NCBI RefSeq assembly: GCF_026210795.1
Contig: NC_089436.1
Location: 1,984,001 to 2,048,000, forward strand
Direction of reading: 5' to 3'
Source of the DNA: Rhizophagus irregularis
Taxonomy: Eukaryota
Length of the DNA: 64,000 bases
Each line of letters starts with the position of its first letter. Positions within the stretch are counted from its first letter, which is position 1. Position numbers and translations under genes: made by a program. Shown here piece after piece: positions 29,384 to 42,196 of the stretch. A model generated the notes under the pieces. It was given only the letters and a program-made list of their open reading frames with translations. It did no database searches and was not told where the DNA came from.

Positions 29384-31192
29384 TTAAGCGGAATGTTTTA
29401 CTTTTATTTTTACAGGCAATTCTTCGCAATGATTCACAACCGTTGAAGAATACTTTATACCTCCGCTCATGTCCATCAATTCCACATCATATTTTCTATA
29501 TAATAAAACCATCAATGCTTTCAACTGTAATATTGCCAGTTGTTTGCCCATACAAACTCTCGCGCCTCCACCAAAATGAAGTAAGGCGTTCTTTGGAATT
29601 TGTTGTTCACTATCCATAAAACGATCAGGATCGAATTTTTCTGGTTGGTTCCAATGAGAAGGGTGCATTTGTATAGCAGGTACATTTATAAAGAATTGCG
29701 TATTTGCAAGAAATTTATAACCTGCGATTTCATCAGGTTTTGCTGATACGCGAAATAAAACCGAAACCGTTGGCATTAAACGCGAAACTAAAAAAATTTG
29801 ATATAAACATTGTTTAAAATTTTAGTATAAAGAAAAATTTCAAACAAGACGAAAAAATTTTAGTCACCTTCTTTGATGATTGCTCCGCAATAATTCAACT
29901 TATTTAAATCTTCATATGTAATTTCACGATTCATATCTTTACCAAGAATCTTTTCCATTTCTTGTAACATTTTTTGTCTAACTTCAGGATAATGTGTAAG
30001 ATAGTAAACTACGTAACAAAATGTATTTGCGGTCTAAAAAGTAAAATTTAGACTAATAAATTAACTGTAAAAAATTTTTTTTTTCAAATATATATTTACA
30101 TACCGTATCAATTCCGCCTCCCATGATTTCATAAACATTTTCACGAACTTCATCTTCACTCATAGGTCTAGCGTCAATCAAATTATCTTTATCGGTTGTT
30201 TTTACATATTTAGGATCTCGATTTGTATTAATTGTTAATAATAAAGTTAACATATCAGCACTTAATTCTTCATCTGGATCGGCTTTCTCAATTTCTTTTT
30301 TTCTTTCTCTAATTAGTTCCAACACTTTACTATTTAACCACGCCACAACATCCAACAATTCTCTTGATTTTTTTCTATTTGCTGGAAGAATTGTTCTTAA
30401 TATCTTTGGGGTATCCTTAAAGAAAATACAAGCAACGAAATGTAATCTAATATAGTTTACAAATTTTTCTGATTCTCTTAAAAAATGATCATTATTACTT
30501 TCTCTTTCATCTTTATTCAAGGTATTGAAAGTGTTAAAATAATTAAGCAAAGCATAAGATTTTGTATTTGTAGTTAGATTAAAAACGGAATCAGTCATAA
30601 ATCTCCTCATCCAATTTGCCAAATCAAGTTCAATCTCTTGTTCTTTTGCGTCATTTAGATAACCAAGTTTTTCCCAATGCTTTTCCATTTCAAAAAATAA
30701 TTCTTCTGTATTTTTTACAGCTGTCTTTAAAAACTTAGGTGCCATTAACACTTGCACCACAATTCTTCTATTATATGCCCAACTATTTACATTTCTATTA
30801 AATACTATTCCTTTACTTGTCATATCCATTTTATCCAATCCTTCATTTTCGGTTGTACGATAAGGAAAATTATTATTTGTATATGGAGAAAGTAGTTTAT
30901 CTGTAAGACTTGCATTCGAAATCCAGATTTGTCTATTATTTAAAGTGAATAAACCTCCTGAATAAACCTCAAAAATATCACCATACTTTTTTTGGAGTTC
31001 TCTTGCCCATTGCGATGAATTCGGATGATAAGTTTCAAAATTTCCTATTAATGGAAAGGGGATCGGACCTGGGATTGGATGTTGTCTTGTAAAGTAACGA
31101 AAATAAAATTGTGATATGTAAGTTAAAACAAAGATAAAGATTAAATAAAGAAAATTTGGTGGATCAAAAATGAATTCTTTAATTAATGTCAT
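29384..31192 (-). CDS. Cytochrome P450, 3 exons
   Basis: N-terminal TM then PGPIPFPLIGN, I-helix GGGIDT/TANT, K-helix KEVSR across an intron, PEKFDPDRF, haem motif FGGGARVCMG. Confidence 0.93.
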
Positions 31193-31852
31193 GACTGGGA
31201 AAATCAATTTTTAATTTTTTGTTTTTTTAGGAGTTGGCTTTTATAATAAATTTTTAACCTTTCTTAATTTAGTTTGGTAAAATTGAACTCGTGATTCAAA
31301 CATTTGAAAAATTAACTTAATCAAGCTAAATCTCATTTTTTATTTGAATTCGCTCGATATAATAATCAAAATGAAATTTATAATTGACTTTCTTTGTAAA
31401 GAAAGTCCATCGGCCCTGATTGTTATCCCGAATCCCTGTTCAACTCTTGATGATCTGAAGTTCTTAATATAATTTGTAACCAAATTTATGGATTTGCAAT
31501 TTTTTTATAATAAAATATTTATAAAGGCTAACTTTTTTTGTTGTTGATCTTTGGTTCAGCTCGGCACTCGGCAATTATGAACAATTTTTGTTTTGCCGTT
31601 GCATGTTTTACCCATCATTTACTTTAATATAAATATATAATGCCCCAAAACACTTTTTTTCTTCTGTAGTAAATATAATGAATATGGAATGTAAGTTTAT
31701 GCCTTTTTTTTGTAATGATAATTTTTATTATTATTATAATGTAGCACAATGTAATTATCAACATAATAGCTAGTTATGGTTCATATTGTTTAATAAACCC
31801 ATGCTTTTTTTTTTTGGATAAAGCTGTTATTCCAGGAAGATGTGATTATGGG

Positions 31853-32832
31853 ATGTCAAAAACCAGACCACTTGTTGTAGGTCACAGGGGTGCAAGTGCT
31901 AAATACCCTGAAAATACCGTTTTATCTATCGGACAAGCTATTGCAGATGGTGCTAATGCTATTGAATTTGGTAAAGCCATTTTGCAATTATTTCAATTTC
32001 AATCATCAATAAATTAATTTTTTTTTATTATCAATTAGATATTCACCCAACACTTGATAACGAGCTTGTTATAATGCATGACCCTTCATTGGATCGCACA
32101 ACCACGGGCAAGGGAATGATATCTGACAGGAATTATTTTGGAGACATTGAATTTCTCACTACACAAAAAGAACCACGTTGTCCTATTTCTCGATTTCAAG
32201 ATGTCCTTGACCTTCTTCTCAAAACCGAGAATTCTCATGTTTGGGCAGTAATTGATATCAAAATGCATAACTCACCTGAAATTCTTGTGACTTTAAGCAA
32301 AATTCTTAAATCATACAATGAAGATTTATCTGTATTTTCCAAACGAATTACATTAGGAATATGGCATCCAAAATTTATTTCATACGCAAAAACTCATTTA
32401 CCAGAGATTCCAATAGTACATATAGGTGTTTCGTTGGAAATAGCAAGAGATTATTTTAGTGATGCAGATGGTTATAATTTGAATTATATTGCACTATCTG
32501 GATATGAAGCTCAAAATTTTATTAAAGAAGCTCATACTAAAGGAAAACCAGTATTTGTATGGACTGTTAACAAGGAAGAGCATGCCAAAAACTGTCATAA
32601 TTGGGGAGTTGATGCCATAATGACTGATAAACCTAAATTTTTTGTAGATTTCTTTAAAAAATTCGAAAATGAACAAGAGGAATATGATGAAGTAAACGGA
32701 TTAGTAACTGAAAGAAGAAAGTTTTTTAATGTTGGTAAAGAAAGTTGGTATATGAATTTAACTTATTTCGGATATAGATTGTTATCTAGTTTTGTGGTAA
32801 AATTGAAATTTCGTAGATTTGGAGGGTTTTAA
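31853..32832 (+). CDS. Glycerophosphodiester phosphodiesterase (GDPD; Pgc1-like phospholipase C)
   Basis: VGHRGASAKYPENT, AIEF|DIH, IMHDPSLDRTT, IDIK, VFVWTVN, GVDAIMTDKP. The start codon could lie in a small upstream exon. Confidence 0.9.
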
Positions 32833-33114
32833 TTATTTAATTTATGCGGTCAGTAACTTCAGTAACTTATTTTAAAAGATTATCAATTATTTATTTTATC
32901 GAGTAATTTTAACAAATATCAACCTAAAATGCAATAAACTCGTTCAAGTTACGATATGACATATAATGATGTAGTAGTATGCTAAAAAGTAAATTGATCG
33001 TATACTTAAAAAGTCGCGAGCTTATGCCAATTTTGGTCATGCACGTTGTAGATTGATAAACTCATTTCAATCAAAGTTTTGTTATTTTACATTCTTTTAA
33101 CGAACATTTTTAAG

Positions 33115-34988
33115 ATGTCATTTATTGATATAATAAAATTTTTGTTTTGGAACATAATAGGATATGCATTAGCTATCTTCACGTTTTATTTAGCATTCTA
33201 TTATTTTAAATATTTTTCTAGATACAGGCCGTTGCCAGGACCTTTTCCTCTCCCATTTGTGGGCAATCGTTTACAGTATAGAGGACATCCAGCAACATGG
33301 GCAAAGCGTCTTCATGAGGAATATGGAGATATTTGTGAAATATACATGGGTGGCGAACGACATATATGGATATCCAGAGCTGATTTAGTAGAAAAGATAT
33401 TTAGACCCTCATTAAATAATAATTATTTAATAAGAATAACACACAGAGAAGGATTAGATGAAATTGATGTTACTACGAAAGGAATTACGTTCAATAGAAG
33501 TTTAGATAGTTGGACGTTTAATAGAAAGTTCTTTAATCAGGCAATTAGTTCGTTGAGTTTTATGAAACAAAATGTTATTTGGACACAAAACTTATTCGAA
33601 GAGATGGAAGATTATTGGCGGGAATTAAAATTTCAGACAGAGAACACAAGTGGCAAAGAATTTACACTTAATATATCAGAATGGATGATAAGATTTACAA
33701 CAGATGTTATTTTCACTTTGACAACGAATAAAAGAGCTTATTCATTTGCTAATTATTTTAATCAATTGTCTAATACAAAAACAAAACAACATTCAGAAAT
33801 TGAAATGGTTGAATCAGAAAATCTTATTAAAAATATTCGTTCATGGCTTCATGCTTTGCAATTTTTTATGGATACACCTTCATTATGGAGAAAATATATT
33901 CCTAGTTTTAAAAAAAGATCTGAATATTTAAAAAGTGAGGTTGATCGATTGAATAATACTTTTATGGAATTGGTTAAACAGAGAAGAAAAGAAATTGAAA
34001 TGACACCGGAAGATGAGCAATTGATACCTGATATGTTGTCAATGTTGTTAACTGTAAATACACCAAGAGATGTTACAGCTAAACTTGCAGATGAACACCA
34101 TACAAGACCCCTGTCTGATGAAGAAGTCCGTGGAAATATCTTAGAAGTTATTAGTGCTGGAGTTGATACTGTATGTCTAATCATTGAAAGTTGATTTTTA
34201 ATTTTCTTGGAAACTTTATAAAAAAAATTATATATATATATATTTTCTTTTCTTTAGACAGCAAATACATTTTGCTTTATTGTATATCATCTTGGCCATT
34301 ATCCTGATGTCAAGGAAAAAATGCTTCAAGAATTCAATTCTGTCTTCAGAGATGATTTAAGTCGTCCAATCGAACATGAAGATTTGAATAAATTAGTTTA
34401 TTGTGACGCTATCATTAAAGAAGGTATTCTCACAATTATTAGTAATATATATATTTTTTTAATCTCAATTATTTTTTAATAATCTCACATTTTTTTTAAA
34501 AGTTTCTCGGCTTATGTCAATTGTGCCAGTGATATTTAGGATGTCAATAAAGGCAGATGAGATAGTAAAATATAGTTTTCCAGCAGGAACGCAAATTAAT
34601 GTTAACACGCATGTAATTCATACACACCCGTCACATTGGAAGGATCCTGAAAAATTCGATCCTTCACGATTTCTGAATCAAGGCGTTCCAGGTGGTAACA
34701 AAATAGCAAAGAACTCTCTGCTGATTTTTGGCGGAGGACTAAGGATGTGTCCGGTAATTCTTTGATTTTTTTTTCTTTTAATCTACAAGAATAAAAAAAT
34801 GATTCTTTTTTATTTTATAGGGTAAGAATTTAGCTATGACCGAATTGAAAGCTTTGATGGTTTTGTTGTATAGGAAATATGATGTGGAACTGGTAAATAT
34901 TAATGAACCTGTTAAATATCATTATTCCATTGTTAAATCTTGTGATGATTTAATGATTAGAATAAAAGACAGGAAAGAAAAGCAATAA
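33115..34988 (+). CDS. Cytochrome P450, paralog of 29384-31192, 4 exons
   Basis: PGPFPLPFVGN, SAGVDT/TANT, KEVSR, PEKFDPSRF, FGGGLRMCP|GKN with intron 34754-34820. Confidence 0.93.
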
Positions 34989-35413
34989 AAATAATGATGA
35001 ATAATTGAATATTATTATTATACAACAAACAAATATGCTTGAATTTGTATCTTCTTTATTTCCTCAAATATTGTAACTATATTTAATTATAACTATATTT
35101 AATTATTAAAGACCTCTTAAGTGGAAAGTTTTGCATATTTTCACGATTTTATGCGACGTAACAAAAAAAATTTTAAATGTGACGATTTATTTGATATACC
35201 TAAGACATAGTAAAAAATGATACTATTATGATATTCGTAGAGGATAAAAATAAAGTAAAAAATAACACGATTATGTTCGTAGAAAAAAAAACGAGGTAAA
35301 AATAAGATTATGTTATTCGTAGAAACTAAATCAAAGTAAAAAAATGACAATTACAAAAAGATCATAATATTATTATATTAAGCGTAAAGAAGAAATATTT
35401 TGTAAAGACAAAG

Positions 35414-35687
35414 TTATTCAGCCGGCGGTTCTTGAACGTTCTTCGGATTTTCAGGTGAATCTTTCCATCTTTGAGCAACTAATTTGAAGGCTTCTTTATG
35501 ACTAATCTTTGGGTTGTCAATCTTTACTTTTGGGAGTTCGGTTTTCATAAACTTATTGTAAGGTGTGATTTTATTTCTACCTAAAAACAAAAGAAAAAAT
35601 TTTCAATAAGATAATTCCAATAATATGATTTAAATACAGTATACGGAGTTGATACATACCACCAAATACTTTCTTTGTTTTAGCCAT
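35414..35687 (-). CDS. Small YABBY/HMG-box-like DNA-binding protein (64 aa, 2 exons: 35687-35660 and 35580-35414)
   Basis: Splicing GTATGT...TTTTAG gives MAKTKKVFGGRNKITPYNKFMKTELPKVKIDNPKISHKEAFKLVAQRWKDSPENPKNVQEPPAE*, matching the YABBY-domain pattern YNxFxKxE..xKxxNPxISHxEAF...AxxW. Confidence 0.85.
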
Positions 35688-35900
35688 TATTATTGTGTGG
35701 AAAGAGTGATCTTTGAGATGGATGAGTTTAAAAAAAAAATATGGCTTATATACTGTATTTATCGCGCACGCAAAATAAAAACACGTTATAACGCGTTTGT
35801 ATTTCATAGTGTAACAACCAAGTGTAACTAAGATGCGACGTAATCATGCTAATATCTGTCACGATAAGATTGATTATTTTTTTTTAATTTTTTATCAAAA

Positions 35901-38900
35901 ATGCCAAAAATGCCTGACACACCTATAAAACCGCAACATAAAATTAGTTTTAAGTCTACGTTAGCGATTGGATCGCTATTTACTGGCGGTAAGGCATCGA
36001 TTACACCCGATGAACAACATTTGATTACGACAATTGGAGAAGATATTGACGTTACTGATATTCAAAATGGAAAAATATTGTTCCGATTAAATGGTGTATG
36101 TAACTTATCATAATTAATTATGGAATCATCCTGTTAATTTAAAATCATTTTTAATTAATTGTTTAGGATACTGAAATCATTACAACCTTTATTATAACAC
36201 CAAATGGGAAATATTTAATAAGTTCATCACGTAGCCTTACAGTTAAAACATGGGACTTGAAAACAGGAAAATGCATGAGATCATTCAAGGTAATTTCTAC
36301 ATCAACAATTTTTGGTTTATCATTATTTAACTTATATTTAATGTGGGATGGTTAGGCACATGAAGCACCTGTAATTGTAATGGATGTTGATGAATCATCA
36401 ACTTTAGTTGCAACAGGATCAGCTGATAGTACAATAAAAATATGGGATATAGAGAGAGGGTATTGTACACATAATTTTCGTGGACATGGGGGAATTATAA
36501 GTTCATTAAAATTTTGGAAAGATGATTCTAAATGGATGTTAATTTCTGGTGCCGATGATTGTAATATTCGTATATGGGATTTGTCGAAAAGAAAGTGAGT
36601 TATTTTTTGCAAATTTGAAATTTTGATCAGGAAGAATCTACTTTTGATTCATTTTTCTTTGATTGTTTAGTTGTGTGGCTGTATTGAAAAGTCACGTCAG
36701 TATAATTCGTGGATTAGGCGTATCTAATGATGGCAAATATTTAATAAGCGGATCAAGAGATAAAGTTGTAAATCTTTGGGATTTGAATAAGAACAAATTG
36801 ATTAAAACATTTCCCATATATGAGGTATTATAATCTAACTATTTTTAAAGAAAATTTAGCTCGTAAATTATAATTTTTTTTTTTCATTTTTAGACAATTG
36901 AGACAATAGGAATATTAAATCCTGATACTTTCATATCCGAAATTGAAAATAGTATTGGTAGAGAATTATTTTATACTGGTGGCGATAATGGTAAATTAAT
37001 TATAAATTTATTTAATTCAACCCGACTTTTGTACTTATTTAATTTTGATTGTTAGGAATTATAAGAATATGGGATCTTCAAAGTGGCAAACTTGTTAAAG
37101 CACAGGATCCCGAAAAGAACGCGAAATATGGTATTTCAGACATCATGTATGTAAAATTTTCAAATAAAAAGTCTTTTTTCCTCAAAAATATTTAATTTAC
37201 TTTTTTGTAATCTAAATTCCTTTAGATATCTTCGCAAAAGCAATTGTTTGGTAGCCATAACTACGGACCAAAATATACTATTTTATAATATATCTTCCGG
37301 TTTAAAAAGAATAAAACAAATTGTAGGCCATAATGATGAAATAATAGATCTCGTCTATGTAGGTCCAACAGAATCACATTTGGCTATAGCAACGAATACA
37401 GAACAAATTCGTTTATTTAATATAGATTCATTTGATAATAATATTATTTATGGTCATAAAGATATTGTGATTTGTTTAGCAAAATCTTTTGATGGAAAAT
37501 TTTTAATATCAGGATCAAAAGATAATACTGCAAGATTATGGAAAATTAATGTTGAATCATATGAAGCGGAGGAAAGAATTAAAGGAAGTGGAATTTGTGT
37601 TGGACATACTGAAGCTATTGGAGCTGTTGCTTTACCTAATAAAAGTTTAAAGTTTTGTATAACTGGAAGTCAAGATCGGACTGTAAAATATTGGGACCTA
37701 TCTCAAGCAGGTAAGATTAAATTTTGTTAATCAAATTTTTTTTTTTGAAATTAAGTGTATTTTCACACTATTCTATTGTAGATCTGTCAAAGTGCGAAGA
37801 AGAGTATAGACCAAAAGCATTATATACACATCAAGCACATGAAAAAGATATAAATTCAATATCTATTTCATCAAATGATAAAATGTTCGCAACAGGATCA
37901 CAAGACAAAACTATTAAAATTTGGTCGGTTTCTGATGGAAAATTATTGGGAACTTGTACGGGACATAAAAGAGGTGTTTGGTGTGTACAATTCTCGCCAG
38001 TTGATTATACTATCGTATCAAGTTCCGGTGATAAAACCATCAAAATTTGGTCAACAAATGATTTTTCTTGTTTGAAAGTGAGTAAACCAATCCAAAAGTG
38101 AACTTTTAAAGCAAACATGACTATTTAAAATCTTTACTCCCTTTTTAAATTCAGACATTTGAAGGACACACAAATACAGTGTTAAGAGTCTCATTTATAA
38201 CTTCAGGTTTACAACTCATATCAAGTGGATCCGACGGTTTGATTAAATTATGGAATTGTAAATCAAATGAATGTGTAACTACATTAGATAATCATACAGA
38301 AAAAATTTGGGCATTAACTATACGAAAAGATGAAAATTTTGTTGCTTCGGGTGGTGGTGATTCTTTAATAAATTTATGGCAAGATTGTACTATTGAAGAA
38401 ATGGAAGCCCGTGTTAAGGAAGAGGAAGAATTAATTTTAAAGTGAGTAAAATTATAAATATCCTTAAAGAGAAATATCCTATAACGCATTCTTACTAATA
38501 TATTTTGCATTTAGGGAACAAGATTTGTCAAATTATTTGTTAAAGAAAGATTATAAGAACGCGATTATGCTTGCCATATCATTGAATCAACCATTTAGAC
38601 TTTTAAATCTGTTTACCGAAGTTCTTAATAACAGAGCTGAAGGTAAGTTGTAATCGCAAACATCTTTTGATATCATATGGATATTTAAAAGAACATGTAT
38701 CATATTACATTTTTAGGAGATAAGAGTATTACAGGATCTGAATCAATCGATAACATAATTGCAACACTTTCAAAAGAAAATCTAGAACAAGTACTAAAAT
38801 ATATTCGAGATTGGAATACAAATGCAAAAAATTATCGTACATCTCAAACTATTTTACATGCTATCGTCAAATCTTTTTCATCACAAGATTTATTGGAAAT

Positions 38901-39149
38901 TAATGGAATTAAAGATGTAAGTAAAATCATTTCCAACCTAAGTTAGAGTATGGTTTAGTTCTTGTTTTTTAGAAACTTAGAATTAATTTCTTGCTTAAAT
39001 TATAGATATTGGATGGAATATTATCATATACGGAAAGACATTATCAACGTTTGGATAGGTTAATTACAGATTCTTACATTGTTGATTATTCATTACACTC
39101 TATGGATTTATTAGGTCCTTTAGAACAAAACTTTATGGAAGAGGATTAA
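35901..39149 (+). CDS. UTP13: U3 snoRNP WD40 protein Utp13/TBL3, multi-exon
   Basis: Many WD40 repeats (ATGSADSTIKIWD..YCTHNFRGHGG, VGHNDEIID, AHEKDINS, GHKRGVW) plus the Utp13 C-terminal domain (EQDLSNY, IRDWNTNAK, YTERHYQRLDRL). Confidence 0.92.
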
Positions 39150-39367
39150 TAATTAACAAAATAAAGGATAAAATTATTTATTTTAATCATTATACTAAAT
39201 AATAATTAAGTTTATGTAAAAATTTATATTACATGTAAATGATAACCTCCTTTAAGTTTATGTAAAACGAATATGCAAAATACATACTTTACATGTTAGC
39301 AAAAATACTTTTGGCTACAAGTATGTTCAACAATAATAATTGTCTGGAGCGAAGCGAAGGACAATAT

Positions 39368-39440
39368 ACATCAAATCTCGATATACCGAACCCACGGTTT
39401 GGGAGTAAAAGTTCGGTATATAATAGAGTTCGGTAAAGAA
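39368..39440. mobile_element. Probable left end of a pogo/Tc1-type non-autonomous element
   Basis: TACA(G)TCAAATCTCGATATACCGAAC followed by inverted GTTCGGTATA repeats resembles the MITE TIRs at 9718 and 53378. No clean right end was found. Confidence 0.35.
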
Positions 39441-40768
39441 AATTTTTTTATATACCGAACCCCTTTAGGGAAAGTTAAGAAAATCACGTGATTAATATCC
39501 CAATTTCGGCCAGAATTAAGATGATTTGGCATCAATTAATTTAGGCAAAATTAAGTGGTTCTAATTCTGGCTTAATTTCAGGCGAAATTGGCAAATCATG
39601 TAGCAGTAAATCAATAAAAGTTCAGTATATTTTATATAAAGTTTATATAATGTTTAATATATCAATTTATTATATCATGAATTGTTACAGACTGTATATC
39701 TACGTACCATAAAATAAAATTGATTATATAACCTTTATTAAAATTATTATACTATACTGTCATAATATTCTTTATATTATATTCTGATATCATTAATTGA
39801 GCAAAAAGTATTTTATGTGACATGATGAAACTTTTTAGTTTAAATTATGAAAAATCTTAAATGATGATTTATTTGATAATTAGAAGTAATATAATAAAAA
39901 ATGTATTATTTATTTAAATAAAAACAGAGTAAAAGTTACTAAAAAAACAAAATAAAAAAATATAGTAATGTGACCATGTCATAAGTAGAAAAAAGACAAA
40001 TTATAATATTTATTATATTATTAATTATAATATGTTATTTACAAATAAAAATGCTTACCAAAATTCTATTAAGCTGTGATAAAATGAAAAAAAAACCTGT
40101 TAAAATTAATGAAATATCAAAATAATTTTAATATGACAAAATTTCTAAAATTAATAAAATTAATAAAATGCTAAAATAATTTTGATATGACAAAATTTCT
40201 GAAATTGATGAAATTGATAAAATGCCAAAATATTTTGATATAACAAAATTGCCAAAATGTATAAAATTATTTTTGATATGTAAAAATTTATATTAATAAA
40301 GTTAAAGATAAGCTCTAGTAAGAATTTATATTAATTATTTCCTTTTTAGGTCAAATGTTATATAAATTCCAAAATTGGTAAGATATATTTTTAGAAAATC
40401 TATTACTAAATAAGAAAATTATCTGTATACTGTGTTTGATATTACATAATCAGATAAAATAACAGATTGAACAGATAACCAAATTAAGGTTGCTGAAGAA
40501 ATTAAAAAGTTTTAGCAAATTGGCAAAATACTAAAATAGTGAAACTTTACTGAAACTATATGAAAGTTTTATTAAAAAGTTGGCAAACTTTGAAAAAAAG
40601 CAAAACTTGATAAAACTTATTATAAATACTAAAACTGACAAAATCTTACTAAAACTGTAATAAAACTATAGTAAAATTTTAAAGAAACTAATCATAGGAT
40701 TTTAGAGAAGTTTAAGCAATCCTATGAAAAGCCTTTATACTTAAAATATAATTAATTATTTTTTTTAG

Positions 40769-41111
40769 ATGACTGGAATTTTGGGTTTTCAAACAGGATA
40801 TTTGGCAAGTAAAATAAAATAATTTTTTCAATTTTTTTATATATTAACAAACATTACTAACTGTTTGTTTATTAACTTTTTTTAGGCATTTTTGAGTCTT
40901 TCTGAACATGGAATACCAGCAAGTAAGAAAAAAAAAAAATTTTTTTTCTTTTTGTTTGTTTATATTAACGAACATTACTAACTGTTCATTTATTTTCTTT
41001 TTTAGACATTTTTAAGTCTTTCTGGATGTGGAATACTAGCAAGTAAGAAAAAAAAAAATTTTTTTTCTTTTTGTTTATTTATATCAATATTAACGAACAT
41101 TACCGTTACTA
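40769..41111 (+). repeat. Tandem mini-exon/intron-like repeat units (continue at 47585-47820; inverted copies at ~47860-48040)
   Basis: Units of 32-36 nt, then G(C/T)AAGT, then AACGAACATTACTAACTGTT, then a T-tract and AG, repeated on both sides of the 41112-47584 element. Confidence 0.75.
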
Positions 41112-41456
41112 CATATGGGCGAGTTTAGTTCATTTAAATTTAATTGATATAATTGCCTTATCTGTCCTATTACATAATACTAATGTGTTCGGCATTCATG
41201 TGATATTATGTCATGTGAATATATAGATTTTATTAAATAAAAAAATTTTCCGTCCAACTAATCGTTAAACAAAAATAACTTAACGAAAAAAACGCGTTCA
41301 ACCCATCCGACCACTACACAACCCATCCGACGAACCTTGGTATATATTTCAGCTAAAACCAGCTGATTTTTCTTTAAATTTATGAATTTATTTTATTAGT
41401 TTTCTCTATTTTTTTTTTTAGCTACTGTTTGCTTACAGATTTCTCTTTTTTAAGTC

Positions 41457-42071
41457 ATGTCTACTCAAGATTCAACTAAGTTATATTGCTCTATTTGCAA
41501 AAGGCGTGCAAAAGGATTTAAAAATCGCTCAGGACTTCAACGACATGAAACACTAAAACATGCGTCCTACAATACACTTCCGTCACACGTTCGGTCAGTT
41601 CCAAACTCCGAACTTTCACATTTAAAAAAAGCTATAATCAAAGAGTTGCAAAAGCGTCTTAAAAATCATCACACCGCTGTTGGGAAACAAGTATTTTCAA
41701 TACATTGCAGTGAAGATGCTTTTGTTAGTATTTTTAAAAATCATATAACACGTTATTCTCCATGTGGGTCTTCTTATTTTTGTAGTTTTAAGGGGGAAAA
41801 AGCCTTTGAAGAAGTTGGAAAAATCTTGGATGATGAAAGTTGGGGAGAACGTAATTATGGAGGAGGGCAATTAAGCTTTGTCCGTTTGCATATGCCTGAA
41901 ATTGAAAATAGTAATTATGAACAAAGTGCAAAAAAATCTAAAACAAAATCATTAGTTAATGGAGAAATGACTGTTCAATGGAAGGTGACAGGGGGTAAAG
42001 ATAAAGAGAACCATAAATTTGAAGCAGGTTCAGCTCAATTTCGTTTTTTTTTAGATCAATGTCAAATTTAA
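41457..42071 (+). CDS. Transposon-borne 204-aa protein: N-terminal C2H2 zinc finger plus unknown C-terminal domain
   Basis: Intact intronless ORF with CSICKRRAKGFKNRSGLQRHETLKH. A homolog sits in the same position in copy 2. Confidence 0.8.
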   Translation: MSTQDSTKLYCSICKRRAKGFKNRSGLQRHETLKHASYNTLPSHVRSVPNSELSHLKKAIIKELQKRLKNHHTAVGKQVFSIHCSEDAFVSIFKNHITRYSPCGSSYFCSFKGEKAFEEVGKILDDESWGERNYGGGQLSFVRLHMPEIENSNYEQSAKKSKTKSLVNGEMTVQWKVTGGKDKENHKFEAGSAQFRFFLDQCQI

Positions 42072-42196
42072 AGAAAATCTTATAATGTAAATAGATAATT
42101 TTTATATGATATTTTTGTCAAATAATAAAAAAAATTATATAGATAATTAATACGTTTTTTCATTTTTTTTTTATTTGATAAACAAATAAAATCCTG

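Noticed and set aside
41112..41150. RSS-type heptamer/spacer/nonamer in the TIRs
   Set aside because: The ends begin CATAT, not CACAGTG, and I see no nonamer-like block at 12/23 spacing.
41457..42071. RAG2 homolog
   Set aside because: Too short, with no kelch repeats or PHD finger; only its position parallels RAG2L.
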